The notes under the pieces: model-generated | What the model saw: only the letters and a program-made list of their open reading frames with translations | The model's database searches: none | What the model was told of the DNA's origin: nothing | Made by a program: the position numbers and the translations under genes | In this document: positions 21,544-32,545 of the stretch, piece by piece | Layout: each line of letters begins with the position of its first letter | How positions within the stretch are numbered: position 1 is the first letter of the stretch | Assembly (NCBI GenBank): GCA_965261735.1 | Contig: OZ253470.1 | Span: 4,736,001 to 4,800,000, forward strand | Reading direction: 5' to 3' | From: Alphaproteobacteria bacterium | GTDB taxonomy: Bacteria > Pseudomonadota > Alphaproteobacteria > SHVV01 | Length of the DNA stretch: 64,000 nt

Positions 21544-22320
21544 ATGCTTCTCGCGATCGACGTCGGCAACACGAACGTTACGTTCGCGGTGTATGACGGT
21601 GCCAATTTGCACAATCAGTGGCGGGCCACGACGACGGCCGATCGCACCGCCGACGAGTACGCCGTCCTGCTGGCTCAGCTGATGTCCGCGGCCGACCTCG
21701 ATACGGGCGACATCGACGCCGCGATCATCGCCTCGGTGGTGCCGCAGGCCCTGCCTCACCTGCGCGCTCTATGCCAGAACTTCTTCGGTTGCGAGCCCGG
21801 GGTCGTCGGGGAGAACCTCGATCTCGGCCTCGACGTGCGCATCGAGCGCCCGGCCGACGTCGGTGCCGACCGCTTGGTCAACGCGCTCGCCGCGCACCAG
21901 AGCTACGGCGGCGCGCTGATCATCGTCGACTTCGGCACGGCGACCACGTTCGACGTCGTCGATGCCGAGGGCGCCTACTGCGGTGGCATCATCGCCCCCG
22001 GGGTCAACCTCAGCCTCGAGGCGCTGCATGGCGCGGCGGCCCAGCTGCCGCGAATCGCCGTGACCCGACCCGAGCGCGTCATCGGCGGCGGCACCATCCC
22101 GGCTATGCAATCCGGCATCTACTGGGGCTATCTCGGTCTGGTCGAAGGACTCGTCGCGCGGATCAAGGCCGAGTATGGGGCGGCGATGACGGTGATCGCC
22201 ACGGGGGGCCTGGCGTCCCAGTTCGCCGGTGGAACCGACGTCATCGAACACGTCGATCCCGACCTCACCATACGCGGCCTATGGGAGATCCACCGCCGCA
22301 ACAGCGAGCCGGTGCCATGA
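21544..22320 (+). CDS. coaX: Type III pantothenate kinase
   Basis: [31 protein letters not shown]. Confidence 0.95.
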   Translation: MLLAIDVGNTNVTFAVYDGANLHNQWRATTTADRTADEYAVLLAQLMSAADLDTGDIDAAIIASVVPQALPHLRALCQNFFGCEPGVVGENLDLGLDVRIERPADVGADRLVNALAAHQSYGGALIIVDFGTATTFDVVDAEGAYCGGIIAPGVNLSLEALHGAAAQLPRIAVTRPERVIGGGTIPAMQSGIYWGYLGLVEGLVARIKAEYGAAMTVIATGGLASQFAGGTDVIEHVDPDLTIRGLWEIHRRNSEPVP

Positions 22321-24029
22321 CCGAACACGGGGTCGAGTCACCGCAACTGTTGTTCGTGCCCCTCGGCGGTGCGGGCGAAATCGGCATGAACCTCAACCTC
22401 TATGGTTACGACGGCAAGTGGCTGATGGTCGACCTCGGCATCACCTTTGCCGACGAGCGTCATCCCGGCATCGACATCGTCGTGCCCGACCCCGCGTTCA
22501 TCGTCGAGCGCCGCGACGACCTGCTCGGATTGGTGCTCACCCATGCCCACGAGGATCACCTCGGGGCCGTGCCCTACCTGTGGGAGCGCCTGCGCTGCCC
22601 GGTGTACGCGACCAAGTTCACCGCCGGCATGCTCAAGGGCAAGCTCACCGAGGCGGGGTTGCTCCATCAGGTGCCGCTCATCGAGGTGGCCGAGGGTGGG
22701 CGCCTGAGCCTCGGTCCCTTCGACGTGCGCTACTTGCCGATCACCCATTCCATCCCCGAGAGCAACGCGCTCGCCATCCGCACCCCGGCCGGGCTCGTGC
22801 TGCACACCGGCGACTTCAAGCTCGACCCGGAGCCCCTCGTCGGCGAACCGACGGAGCGCGATCACTTCGTGGCCCTAGGGGAGGAGGGTGTACTCGCCGT
22901 CATCGCCGACTCGACCAACGTGTTCGAACCGGAGCGTGCCGCCTCGGAGGGTTCCCTGCGGCGCAGCCTGACCGCGCTGGTGGAGGGTTGTGAGGGCCGT
23001 ATCGCGATGACCACGTTCGCCTCTCACGTCGCGCGCATCGAGACCGCGGCCGCGGTGGCCGCGGCGAACGGGCGTCACATAGCGCTGGTCGGGCGTTCCC
23101 TGTGGCGGACGCTAGCTGTCGCACGCGCCGCCGGCTATCTCAATGGTGCGCATACGTTCCTCTCCGAGGCGGACGCGATGCACGTGCCGCGTGGGGAGCT
23201 GCTCCTGCTGTGCGCCGGATCGCAAGGTGAACCGCGCGGCGCGATGACCCGCATCGCCCGCGGCGAACATCCGCAGGTCAGCCTCGAGCCGGGCGACGTC
23301 GCGATCTTTTCCTCCAGGATCATCCCCGGCAACGAACGCGCGCTGGCGGAGGTTCACAACCGGCTCGTACGCGATGGCGTTCGGGTGATTACCGAAAAGG
23401 ACCATTTCGTGCACGTCTCCGGCCATCCCGGTCGCGAGGACCTCGCCGAGATGTACCGCTGGTTGCGCCCGCGCATGGTCGTCCCCGTCCACGGCGAGGC
23501 GCGCCACTTGGCGGAGCACGCGGCGTTCGCCCGCTCTCTTCAAATCCCCGAGGCGGTCGAGGTCGACAACGGCGCGGTGCTGCGCCTCGCCCCCGGGCCC
23601 GCCAAGGTCATCGACCGGGCGCCCGCGGGCCGGCTCTTGTTGGACCACGGGAACTTGGTCGCCGAGGACAATGAGGCGGTGCGCCAGCGCCGCAGGCTCG
23701 GGCAGTCGGGCCTGCTGCTCGCCACGCTCGTCATCGGTGCCGAAGGTTGCCTCGCCGCCGAGCCCCAGCTCATGACCAAGGGCGTCGCGTTGAACGGTGG
23801 CGAGAGCGCCGAGCTCGGGATATCGCTGGGCGCGGCCCTGCGCCAGGCCATTGCGACGCTGTCGCCGGCGGCGCTCAAGAACGACGAGGCGATAAAAGGA
23901 GCGGCGGCCGCGGCACTGCGGGCGACTCTCAAGCAGGCAGGCGCCGGGCGCGCCGCCATCGAAACGCAGATCGTTCGCCTTGGCGAATTACCGCAAGTCC
24001 AGGCCCCGAGCAGCACGGAGATGCCATGA
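22317..24029 (+). CDS. rnj: Ribonuclease J
   Basis: [37 protein letters not shown]. Confidence 0.95.
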   Translation: MTEHGVESPQLLFVPLGGAGEIGMNLNLYGYDGKWLMVDLGITFADERHPGIDIVVPDPAFIVERRDDLLGLVLTHAHEDHLGAVPYLWERLRCPVYATKFTAGMLKGKLTEAGLLHQVPLIEVAEGGRLSLGPFDVRYLPITHSIPESNALAIRTPAGLVLHTGDFKLDPEPLVGEPTERDHFVALGEEGVLAVIADSTNVFEPERAASEGSLRRSLTALVEGCEGRIAMTTFASHVARIETAAAVAAANGRHIALVGRSLWRTLAVARAAGYLNGAHTFLSEADAMHVPRGELLLLCAGSQGEPRGAMTRIARGEHPQVSLEPGDVAIFSSRIIPGNERALAEVHNRLVRDGVRVITEKDHFVHVSGHPGREDLAEMYRWLRPRMVVPVHGEARHLAEHAAFARSLQIPEAVEVDNGAVLRLAPGPAKVIDRAPAGRLLLDHGNLVAEDNEAVRQRRRLGQSGLLLATLVIGAEGCLAAEPQLMTKGVALNGGESAELGISLGAALRQAIATLSPAALKNDEAIKGAAAAALRATLKQAGAGRAAIETQIVRLGELPQVQAPSSTEMP

Positions 24030-24430
24030 TCGGTCGCCTCAATCATGTCGCCATTGCGGTCCCCGACCTTGCCACCGCGTCACGCCAATACCGCGACGTC
24101 CTGGGCGCCCAGGTGTCCGAGCCCGCGGATCTGCCGGAGCATGGCGTCACCGTCGTCTTTGTCGAACTCGGCAATACCAAGATCGAACTCCTCCACCCGT
24201 TGGGCGAGGAATCGCCCATAGCCGCGTACCTGGCGCGCTCGGCCGCCGGTGGTATTCATCACGTGTGCTACGAAGTCGCCGACATCGCGGCCGCGCGCGA
24301 TAGCCTGGTCGCCGCCGGCGCCCGCATCCTCGGCGATGGCCAAGCGCGTCCCGGTGCCCACGGCAAGCCGGTCCTCTTCCTGCACCCCAAGGACTTCTCC
24401 GGCACGCTGATCGAGCTCGAGGAGGTCTGA
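24026..24430 (+). CDS. mce: Methylmalonyl-CoA epimerase
   Basis: [42 protein letters not shown]. Confidence 0.95.
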   Translation: MIGRLNHVAIAVPDLATASRQYRDVLGAQVSEPADLPEHGVTVVFVELGNTKIELLHPLGEESPIAAYLARSAAGGIHHVCYEVADIAAARDSLVAAGARILGDGQARPGAHGKPVLFLHPKDFSGTLIELEEV

Positions 24431-24431
24431 G

Positions 24432-24674
24432 GTGACATGGGTGACGGGGCTCGCCACCTACCTCATCATCTGGTGGCTGGTTCTGTTCATGGTGTTGCCC
24501 TTCGGCGTGAGGCCGCCGGATAACCCCGAGCCAGGGATGGCGGCGAGCGCGCCCGAGAAGCCGCAGCTGTGGCTGAAGGCGGGCGTCACCACGCTGGTCG
24601 CGGGGCTGATCTGGGGGGTCGTGTTCGCCCTCATCGAGAGCGATCTCATCACGTTTGCCGAGGCGGGGCCCTGA
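24432..24674 (+). CDS. DUF1467 family membrane protein
   Basis: YLIIWWLVLFMVLPFGV...G..SAP; usual position after mce. Confidence 0.85.
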   Translation: MTWVTGLATYLIIWWLVLFMVLPFGVRPPDNPEPGMAASAPEKPQLWLKAGVTTLVAGLIWGVVFALIESDLITFAEAGP

Positions 24675-24683
24675 GCATCGGAC

Positions 24684-24713
24684 AAAAAAAGCAAGGCCCA
24701 GTATGGGTCTTGC
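24684..24713 (-). terminator. Rho-independent terminator of the sRNA
   Basis: Minus strand GCAAGACCCA-TAC-TGGGCCTTGC-TTTTTTT (9/10 paired). Confidence 0.8.
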
Positions 24714-24823
24714 CCTCGCGCTTCAAGTTACGCGGCCGCTATACGGCTCAGTCGCTTCTCCCGGGTACGATTCCTCCCTGAACCTGGGCTTCGCATCGTA
24801 GGGCCGCAGCCCTATGATATGCT
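24684..24823 (-). ncRNA. Putative trans-encoded sRNA (~140 nt) at the alpha-r9/Smr9C-like locus; candidate sponge of alpha-r8-type sRNAs
   Basis: Minus-strand promoter, 5' hairpin (24793-24822), loop-exposed AGGGAGGAA (24771-24779), terminator with U7, no credible ORF; DUF1467/proS position recalled for alpha-r9. Confidence 0.7.
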
Positions 24824-24828
24824 CCAAT

Positions 24829-24857
24829 AGTGTAGGGTATATGGTCCCCGGCGTCAC
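24829..24857 (-). promoter_or_regulatory. Putative sigma70 promoter of the sRNA
   Basis: Minus strand GTGACG (24857-24852), 17-nt spacer, TACACT (24834-24829). Confidence 0.6.
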
Positions 24858-24967
24858 CATGAATTTGGCGCGAAACAACACCTTAACAAGTAGCGTGGCC
24901 GCGCCGCGTGAACTTCGATCGGCGCACGCGATTCGTCGCATGTTGGCCTAAACGGGTGATGCGCATC

Positions 24968-25408
24968 ATGCGCGCAACTGGCGCCTCGCGCGCTGCTGAC
25001 TGGATGTCGACCATCGCCATCGCTTTCGTGGCGGCCCTCTGGGTCGAGCGAGGCGCCATGGCCCAGGACAAGTACGTGATCACCAAGTCCGACTGCCGGC
25101 AGCTGGTGCGCCACAAGCCCCGCCCCGACGTCACCTTCACGCCCGGCGTTGACGTTCGCGGCAAACCGGTGGCACCGGCAAATCTCGGCGGTAGTCGGAT
25201 CGCGCTCCCCGACGAGATCGTCATCGACGTCACGGTGCAGGTTTACGAGGCGCTCGGCCGAACGCCGCCCAAGGGGCTCGGGGACAGCGCCGCGCGCCTC
25301 GGCACGATAGTGCTCCGGGACGGCGCGCTCACCTTCAACGGTGAGCCCCTCGGAACCGATGGCGAGGCGGCCATTGCGTCCGCGTGCCGGGAGATGGTGG
25401 AGCCGTAG
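24968..25408 (+). CDS. Hypothetical exported protein
   Basis: Hydrophobic signal ending AMA-Q, C.QLVRH.PRPDV.F.PGVDVRGKPVAPA.L pattern, C-terminal Cys; start uncertain. Confidence 0.7.
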   Translation: MRATGASRAADWMSTIAIAFVAALWVERGAMAQDKYVITKSDCRQLVRHKPRPDVTFTPGVDVRGKPVAPANLGGSRIALPDEIVIDVTVQVYEALGRTPPKGLGDSAARLGTIVLRDGALTFNGEPLGTDGEAAIASACREMVEP

Positions 25409-25532
25409 GAGTAGGGCCATCGGGCGCGTTCGCGGCGCGCGCATTGCCTTGGAAGAGGCCTTTCCCTAAAGTCACGATGCTCTGACCCGGCGGCACCGGG
25501 CGGTTCCCGGCGAGGCGTTGACGGGACGCACC

Positions 25533-26852
25533 ATGCGGTTGTCCAGTTTCTTCATGCCGACGCTCAAGGAGAATCCGAGCGAGGCCCAGATCGTCTCGCA
25601 CCGGCTGATGCTGCGCGCCGGCATGGTGCGCCAGTCGAGTGCCGGCATCTATTCCTGGCTGCCGCTTGGTTTGCGCGTGCTGCGCCGCATCGAGCGGATC
25701 GTCCGCGAGGAGCAGGACGCGGCAGGCTGCCAGGAGTTGCTGATGCCGACGGTTCAGCCAGCCGGCCTGTGGCGCGAGAGCGGCCGCTACGAGGACTACG
25801 GCAAGGAGATGCTGCGCATCAGCGACCGGCACGCGCGCGAGATGCTGTATGGGCCGACGAACGAGGAGCTGATCACCGATATCGTGCGCCACACGATCAA
25901 GAGCTACCGCGACCTGCCCAAGCTGCTCTATCACATCCAGTGGAAGTTTCGCGACGAGGTGCGCCCACGCTTTGGCGTCATGCGCGGGCGCGAGTTTCTC
26001 ATGAAGGACAGCTACTCCTTCGACCTCGACTACGAGGGGGCGCGGCGCTCCTACAACAAGATGTTCCTGTGCTACCTGCGCACGTTCGCGCGCATGGGCC
26101 TCAAGGCGATTCCAATGCGGGCCGAGACCGGGCCCATCGGAGGCGATCTCAGCCATGAGTTCGTGATTCTCGCCAATACCGGCGAGTCGGCCGTCTTTTG
26201 CCACCGCGACCTGGTCGAGCGTGACGTTCTGGCAAGCGACATCGACTATGAAGCCGACCTCGATCCCGCGGTCGAGGCTTGGACCAGCTTTTATGCCGCC
26301 ACCGACGACAAGCACGATCCCGCCCGCTTCGAGCAGGAGGTTGCGGCAAACGATCAGATCGCGGCGCGAGGCATCGAGGTCGGCCACATCTTCTATTTTG
26401 GCAACAAGTACTCGGTCGCCATGAATGCCACGGTCGCCGGCCCTGAGGGGCAGGGGGTGAGCCTGGAAATGGGCTCCTACGGTATCGGCGTCTCGCGGCT
26501 TGTCGGCGCGATCATCGAGGCCAGCCACGACGACGCCGGCATCATCTGGCCCGAGGCCGTCGCCCCGTTCGATGCCGGCCTCCTCAACCTCAAGCCCGAC
26601 GACGCCGCGTGCGAGCGCATCGCCGGCGACCTCTACGCCAAGTTCCGCAACGCGGGCCGCGACGTGCTGCTGGATGACACCGATGAACGCCCAGGCGCCA
26701 AGTTCGCGACGATGGACCTCATCGGGCTCCCGTGGCAGGTGGTGGTGGGGCCGCGCGGAGCGGCGGCCGGCCTCGTCGAGGTCAAGGAGCGCCGGAGCGG
26801 CAAGCGTGAGGAGCTCACGCCTGAGGCGGCACTGGCACGGCTCGCCGCTTGA
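25533..26852 (+). CDS. proS: Proline--tRNA ligase (short alphaproteobacterial type)
   Basis: [42 protein letters not shown]. Confidence 0.97.
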   Translation: MRLSSFFMPTLKENPSEAQIVSHRLMLRAGMVRQSSAGIYSWLPLGLRVLRRIERIVREEQDAAGCQELLMPTVQPAGLWRESGRYEDYGKEMLRISDRHAREMLYGPTNEELITDIVRHTIKSYRDLPKLLYHIQWKFRDEVRPRFGVMRGREFLMKDSYSFDLDYEGARRSYNKMFLCYLRTFARMGLKAIPMRAETGPIGGDLSHEFVILANTGESAVFCHRDLVERDVLASDIDYEADLDPAVEAWTSFYAATDDKHDPARFEQEVAANDQIAARGIEVGHIFYFGNKYSVAMNATVAGPEGQGVSLEMGSYGIGVSRLVGAIIEASHDDAGIIWPEAVAPFDAGLLNLKPDDAACERIAGDLYAKFRNAGRDVLLDDTDERPGAKFATMDLIGLPWQVVVGPRGAAAGLVEVKERRSGKREELTPEAALARLAA

Positions 26853-26857
26853 ACGGG

Positions 26858-28102
26858 GTGTTCTCGGCCGTCGAATGGATGATCGCCGCCCGCTATCTTC
26901 GGGCGCGCCGCACCGAGGGGCTGATCTCGGTGATCGCCGCCATCTCGCTGATCGGCATCGCGCTCGGCGTCGCCACGCTCATCATCGTCCTGTCCGTCAT
27001 GAATGGGTTCCGCGCCGAACTCCTGGGCCGCATTCTCGGCCTTAACGGTCACATCATGGTGCACGGCTTGCCGGCGCCATTGACCGACTACGAGACGCTG
27101 GCCGAGCGCGTGCGCGGCGTCGCCGGCGTCGTGCGCGTCACCCCGATCATCGAGGGCCAGGTCATGGCGAGCTCGCCGGCGGCGGCGACAGGGGCCCTGG
27201 TGCGCGGCGTGGGCCCTGCAGACCTCAAGGCGAACGAGCTCATCCGCGGCAGCATCACGCAGGGCACCCTCGACGACTACAGTGGCGAGGACGCCGTTGT
27301 TGTAGGCGCCCGGCTCGCAGGCAAGCTCGGTCTTCGGGCCGGCGATCGGATTACGTTGATCTCGCCGCGCGGCAGGGCGACCGCCCTCGGAACCGTGCCC
27401 CGGCTGCGTGCCTACCGCGTGGCGGCGACGTTCGAGATCGGCATGTTCGAGTACGACTCGGCGTTCGTCTTCATGCCGCTCGCCGCGGCCCAGATCTATT
27501 TTCGCCTGCCCGGGGCGGTGAGCGCCCTCGAAGTCATGATCGACGATCCCGATCGCATCGATGCGTTGAGGCCGCCTATCTTTACCGCGCTCGATAGCGC
27601 CGTGCGGCTCGTCGACTGGCGTCAGGTCAACGCCCACTTCTTCAACGCGCTCCAGGTCGAGCGCAACGTCATGTTCCTGATTTTGACCCTAATCATCCTG
27701 GTCGCGGCCCTCAACGTGGTGTCCAGCCTCATCATGCTGGTCAAGGACAAGGGAAGGGACATCGCGATCCTGCGGACCATGGGCGCACCGCGCGGCATGG
27801 TGATGCGCATCTTCATGATCGCCGGCGCCAGCGTGGGCGTGTTCGGGACGGCGCTCGGGTTCGTGCTCGGCGTGAGCTTCGCCGCCAATATCGAGACGAT
27901 CCGGCGCTGGTTCGAGGGCCTGACCGACACGGAGCTGTTCGCCGCCGAGATCTACTTTCTCTCGAAGCTGCCGGCCAAGATCGATGCCGGCGAGGTGGTC
28001 CTGGTCGTCGCCATGGCGCTCTTTCTGTCGTTCCTCGCGACCCTCTATCCGTCGTGGCGCGCCGCCCGCCTCGATCCGGTCGAGGCGCTGAGGTACGAAT
28101 GA
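26858..28102 (+). CDS. lolE: Lipoprotein-releasing ABC transporter permease (LolC/E)
   Basis: [44 protein letters not shown]. Confidence 0.94.
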   Translation: MFSAVEWMIAARYLRARRTEGLISVIAAISLIGIALGVATLIIVLSVMNGFRAELLGRILGLNGHIMVHGLPAPLTDYETLAERVRGVAGVVRVTPIIEGQVMASSPAAATGALVRGVGPADLKANELIRGSITQGTLDDYSGEDAVVVGARLAGKLGLRAGDRITLISPRGRATALGTVPRLRAYRVAATFEIGMFEYDSAFVFMPLAAAQIYFRLPGAVSALEVMIDDPDRIDALRPPIFTALDSAVRLVDWRQVNAHFFNALQVERNVMFLILTLIILVAALNVVSSLIMLVKDKGRDIAILRTMGAPRGMVMRIFMIAGASVGVFGTALGFVLGVSFAANIETIRRWFEGLTDTELFAAEIYFLSKLPAKIDAGEVVLVVAMALFLSFLATLYPSWRAARLDPVEALRYE

Positions 28103-28791
28103 CGCACCCGCCCCGCGACGCCCTTCTTGCGCTCGAGCGAATCGAGCGCACCTTCGCTCAGGGGGACATGCGGCTCGAGGTTCTGCGCGGCGCATCGCTC
28201 GAGGTCGCGGCCGGCGAGTGCGTCGCCCTGGTCGGCCCTTCCGGGACGGGAAAGTCGACGCTCCTGCATATCGCCGGCCTGCTCGAAGCCGCGGACGGCG
28301 GTGAGGTGCGCATCAACGGCGTGGCCTGCGATGCCATGTCCGACGCGGCCCGCACCCGCACCCGGCGCACCTCGCTCGGCTTCGTCTACCAATTCCACCA
28401 TCTGCTGCCTGAGTTCTCGGCCCTCGAGAACGTGGTGCTGCCGCAGCGGATTGCCGGGGCGTCGCGGGCCGCGGCGCGGACACGCGCCGCCGATCTGCTG
28501 GAGCGGTTCGGCCTCGCCGAGCGGCTCGACCACCGCCCAGGCAGGCTCTCCGGCGGCGAGCAGCAGCGGGTCGCCATCGCACGGGCGATTGCCAATCGGC
28601 CGCTAGTGCTGCTGGCCGACGAACCGACCGGCAATCTCGACCAACGCACCGCGGAGCAGGTGTTCGACGAGTTGCTCGCCGTCGTCCGCAAAGGCGATCT
28701 TGGCGCGCTTGTCGCGACCCACAACGCACAGCTCGCGGCCCGCATGGACCGCACGCTATTGCTACAAGATGGAGTAGTGGGGCCGCCGTAG
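28099..28791 (+). CDS. lolD: Lipoprotein-releasing ABC transporter ATP-binding protein
   Basis: [39 protein letters not shown]. Confidence 0.95.
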   Translation: MTHPPRDALLALERIERTFAQGDMRLEVLRGASLEVAAGECVALVGPSGTGKSTLLHIAGLLEAADGGEVRINGVACDAMSDAARTRTRRTSLGFVYQFHHLLPEFSALENVVLPQRIAGASRAAARTRAADLLERFGLAERLDHRPGRLSGGEQQRVAIARAIANRPLVLLADEPTGNLDQRTAEQVFDELLAVVRKGDLGALVATHNAQLAARMDRTLLLQDGVVGPP

Positions 28792-28809
28792 TCCACAACA
28801 AATGGACAT

Positions 28810-28824
28810 GTTTCTGATCTGTTC
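28810..28824 (+). promoter_or_regulatory. Putative alphaproteobacterial LexA box upstream of dnaE
   Basis: GTTT-CTGATCT-GTTC, one mismatch to GTTC-N7-GTTC. Confidence 0.55.
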
Positions 28825-28900
28825 ACGATGACTCACTGGGGTCGCCGTGGAATGCTCGACCCTCTCGGTGAGCGCTGCCGAACCGGAACCCGACGACGAG

Positions 28901-31900
28901 ATGGCCCACGCCGACTTCGTCCACCTGCGCGTCCATTCCGCCTATTCGCTGCTCGAAGGCGCAATATCGGTCAACGATCTGGTGCGCCTATGTTGCGATC
29001 AGGCGATGCCGGCCATCGCCGTCACCGACAGCGCCAACATGTTCGGCGCCCTCGAATTCTCGATGGCCTGCGCGGCGGCCGGGATACAACCGGTTATTGG
29101 CACCATCCTCAACGTCAGCCAAGCCGCTCCGCCCGCCGCCAACGGCCGCCGCGAGACACCGGACAGGCTCCTCCTGCTGGCCCAGGACGAGAGTGGCTAC
29201 GCCAACCTCCTCAAGCTGTCGAGCCGGTCTTTCCTTCATAGCGACCGACTCGATCTGCCGCAGGTCGCTGCCGCCGACCTCGCGGGCCACGCCGACGGGC
29301 TGATCGCGCTGAGCGGCGGTCTCGAGGGGCCTGTCGCGAGAAGGCTCCGCGAAGGCCAGAAACAGGCCGCGGAAGGCGCGCTCCTCGAGCTAGCGCACAT
29401 CTTTCCCGGGCGCCTCTACGTCGAGCTGCAGCGTCACGGGCTGCCCGACGAGCAGCGCATCGAACCCGACCTGCTCGACCTCGCCTACCGTCACGATCTC
29501 CCGCTGGTCGCGACCAACGACGTCTATTTTGCGAGCGAGGACATGTTCGCCGCGCATGACGTCTTGATCTGCGTCGCGGAGGGCGCCTACGCGAGCCAGA
29601 GCGATCGCCGCCGTCTGACGCCGGAGCACCGCTTCAAGAGCGCGGCCGAGATGCGCGCCCTCTTCGCCGATCTTCCCGAGGCTGTCGATAACACGCTTGT
29701 CGTGGCGCAGCGCTCGGCCTACCGGCCGCGGGCACGCGAGCCCATCCTACCGCGCTTCGAGACGCCGGTCGGGCGCGACGAGGCGGGCGAGCTGACGGCC
29801 GAGGCGCAAGCGGGTCTCGAGGAGCGCCTCGATAACCGGGTATTCACCGAGGACATGGATGGAGCGGCGCGCGATGCCGTGGCGGCGCCCTACCGCGAGC
29901 GCTTGGCCGATGAGTTGGAGGTCATCATCGGGATGAACTACCCCGGATACTTCCTTGTTGTCGCGGACTTTATTCGCTTCGCCAAACAGTCGGGAATACC
30001 GGTCGGGCCGGGCCGGGGATCGGGTGCCGCGTCGGTGGTCGCCTGGTCGCTCGCCATTACCGACCTCGATCCGCTGCGTTTCGGCCTGGTGTTCGAGCGC
30101 TTCCTCAATCCGCACCGCGTCTCGATGCCCGACTTCGATATCGATTTTTGCCAGGAAAAGCGCGATCAGGTGATTCGCTACGTCCAGGACAAGTACGGGC
30201 GCGACCGGGTCGCCCAAATCATCACATTCGGCACGCTTCAGGCGCGCGCCGCGCTCCGCGATGTCGGCCGCGTGCTCGAGATGCCGTACGGACAGGTCGA
30301 CCGCCTGTGCAAGCTAGTGCCCTACAATCCTGCGAATCCGGTGACACTCGACCAAGTGATCGCGGCCGAGCCGCGGCTCGCGGAGCGGCGCGACGCGGAC
30401 GGCGCGGTCGCCAGGCTGCTGGAGATCGCGGCGCGCCTGGAAGGCCTCTACCGCCACGCGTCCACCCATGCCGCAGGCCTGGTCATCGGCGACCGGCCGC
30501 TCGACGAGCTGATCCCGCTCTACCGCGATCCGCGCTCCGATATGCCGGTCACGCAGTTCTCGATGAAGTACGCCGAGCTGTCGGGGCTAATCAAATTCGA
30601 CTTCCTCGGGCTCAAGACGCTGACGGTGCTCGACCGCGCGTGCCGGCTCGTCGCGCGGCGCGGGGTCGACCTCGACCTCGGTGCGATCGCACTTGACGAT
30701 GCAAAGACTTACGACCTGCTGACGCGTGGCGACACCGTCGGCATCTTCCAATTCGAGAGCTCGGGCATGCGCGACCTGCTGCGCGAGGCGCGCCCCGACC
30801 ACTTCGAGGACGTGATCGCCCTGGTCGCCCTGTTTCGCCCCGGACCCATGGAGAACATCCCCAAATACGTCGCCTGCAAGCATGGTCGCGAGGCGCCCGA
30901 GTTCCTGCACGAGCTCATCGAACCGGTCGTCGCCGATACCTATGGCGTCATCATCTATCAGGAACAGGTGATGCGGATAGCCCAGGTCTTCGCCGGCTTC
31001 AGCATGGGTGAGGCGGACCTACTGCGGCGCGCAATGGGCAAGAAGATCAAATCCGAGATGGAGGCTCAACGCGACAGCTTCGTGGCCGGGGCAACGGCCA
31101 AGGGCGTGCCCACTGAACGAGCAATCCACGTCTTCAATCTGGTCGACAAGTTCGCCGGCTACGGCTTCAACAAGGCGCATTCGGCGGGCTATGCGCTCCT
31201 CGCGTATCAGACCGCGTGGATGAAGGCGAACTACCCGGTCGAATTCCTGGCGGCGTCAATGACGCTCGATCTCGGGAACACGGATAAGATCGCGGCGTTC
31301 AAGCGTGAGCTCGAGAGGCAAGGGATCGAGCTCCGCCATCCCGACATCAACCGCTCCGGCGTCGAGTTCACCGTCGAAGCCGCCGAGGATGGCCGCCAGA
31401 CCGTCCGCTATGCGCTCTCGGCTATCCGCAACGTGGGCCGCGCCGCCATGGAGGCACTGGTCTCCGAGCGTGACGAGCGCGGCCCCTTCACCGACCTCGC
31501 CGACTTTGCCGAGCGCCTCGATCACCGGACGATCAATCGGCGCCAGCTCGAGAACCTCGCCAGAGCCGGTGCGTTCGACAGTCTCAATGCCAATCGCGCC
31601 CAGGTCCTCGCGGCGGTCGAGACCCTCATTGGCCTCGCCAGCGCCGCGACCGAGGAGCGCGAGAGCCAGCAGGTCAGCCTCTTCGGCGGGGGCGATCGCG
31701 GCGCCGACAGCCTGCGACTCCCGGCGGCCGACCCCTGGCACGGGCTGGAGAAACTGCGCCACGAGCGGGACGCGCTGGGCTTCCACCTCTCGGCCCACCC
31801 GCTCGATGGCTATCGCCGCGTGCTCGCCCGTCTGAACGTGCGTTCGGCCGCCGACGCGTTGCAGGCGCTGAACGGGGACGTTCGCCGGCTCTGCCTCGCC

Positions 31901-32365
31901 GGCGCGGTCGAGAGCGTCTCGGAGCGTACCTCCCAGCGCGGGAACAGGTTCGCGAGGGTCAGCCTTTCCGATACCAGCGATACTTACGAAGTTATTGTTT
32001 TCGCCGAACAACTCGCCGCGGCCCGCGAATTGCTGGAGCCGGGCGCCCGCCTGCTCGTGGATGTCGACGCGAGCCTGGAGGGCGAGGTGCCTCGCTTCAC
32101 CGCCCAGGCCATACGGGCGTTGGATGCGGTCGCAGGCAACCTCGACACCGGACTGGTGATCGCGCTCGACGATCGCGCGCCCGTTCCCGAGCTGGCCCGC
32201 GTCTTGAGCGCGGCGCCGAGTGGCCGCGGACCGATCCGTCTCGCGTTGAGGGTCGACGACGAGACCGAGGTGGCGCTAGCCCTACCCGAGCGCTTCGTCA
32301 TATCGCCGGAGCTTCGGGCGCGCATCAGCGAGCTACCGGGTGTGTTGGAGGTCGAGGAAGTCTAG
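28901..32365 (+). CDS. dnaE: DNA polymerase III subunit alpha
   Basis: FVHLRVHSAYSLLEG, GPGRGSGA.S, SMPDFDIDF, FAGYGFNKAH. Confidence 0.97.
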   Translation: MAHADFVHLRVHSAYSLLEGAISVNDLVRLCCDQAMPAIAVTDSANMFGALEFSMACAAAGIQPVIGTILNVSQAAPPAANGRRETPDRLLLLAQDESGYANLLKLSSRSFLHSDRLDLPQVAAADLAGHADGLIALSGGLEGPVARRLREGQKQAAEGALLELAHIFPGRLYVELQRHGLPDEQRIEPDLLDLAYRHDLPLVATNDVYFASEDMFAAHDVLICVAEGAYASQSDRRRLTPEHRFKSAAEMRALFADLPEAVDNTLVVAQRSAYRPRAREPILPRFETPVGRDEAGELTAEAQAGLEERLDNRVFTEDMDGAARDAVAAPYRERLADELEVIIGMNYPGYFLVVADFIRFAKQSGIPVGPGRGSGAASVVAWSLAITDLDPLRFGLVFERFLNPHRVSMPDFDIDFCQEKRDQVIRYVQDKYGRDRVAQIITFGTLQARAALRDVGRVLEMPYGQVDRLCKLVPYNPANPVTLDQVIAAEPRLAERRDADGAVARLLEIAARLEGLYRHASTHAAGLVIGDRPLDELIPLYRDPRSDMPVTQFSMKYAELSGLIKFDFLGLKTLTVLDRACRLVARRGVDLDLGAIALDDAKTYDLLTRGDTVGIFQFESSGMRDLLREARPDHFEDVIALVALFRPGPMENIPKYVACKHGREAPEFLHELIEPVVADTYGVIIYQEQVMRIAQVFAGFSMGEADLLRRAMGKKIKSEMEAQRDSFVAGATAKGVPTERAIHVFNLVDKFAGYGFNKAHSAGYALLAYQTAWMKANYPVEFLAASMTLDLGNTDKIAAFKRELERQGIELRHPDINRSGVEFTVEAAEDGRQTVRYALSAIRNVGRAAMEALVSERDERGPFTDLADFAERLDHRTINRRQLENLARAGAFDSLNANRAQVLAAVETLIGLASAATEERESQQVSLFGGGDRGADSLRLPAADPWHGLEKLRHERDALGFHLSAHPLDGYRRVLARLNVRSAADALQALNGDVRRLCLAGAVESVSERTSQRGNRFARVSLSDTSDTYEVIVFAEQLAAARELLEPGARLLVDVDASLEGEVPRFTAQAIRALDAVAGNLDTGLVIALDDRAPVPELARVLSAAPSGRGPIRLALRVDDETEVALALPERFVISPELRARISELPGVLEVEEV

Positions 32366-32384
32366 CTGGCCCGGCCCAAGACGC

Positions 32385-32545
32385 TTGCAATGCAGGCAGG
32401 GCGGGGCTATCAACGCGACAATTCGAACCAACTTCGCACGCGGGCGTGGGCCGCCGGGATGAGCCGGAGGTTCCGTTCCGGTGCCCGTTCAGGCTCGCGC
32501 GAGCCGTTCGGGCCGTAGCCCGCGGTGGCACAACCGGAAGAAACG
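32385..32545 (+). promoter_or_regulatory. rpsB promoter and structured 5' leader (S2 autoregulatory, t44-like)
   Basis: TTGCAA-N17-TATCAA; closing stem CGCGGGC (32439-32445)/GCCCGCG (32518-32524); no canonical SD before the ATG. Confidence 0.6.

Noticed and set aside
24756-24822. Plus-strand alpha-r8/SuhB-like sRNA (contains TTCCTCCCT)
   Set aside because: No U-tract follows the downstream hairpin on the plus strand, whereas the minus strand has both promoter and terminator; kept only as the alternative hypothesis.
25533-26852. Short ProRS lacking a full editing domain
   Set aside because: This is the normal alphaproteobacterial form.
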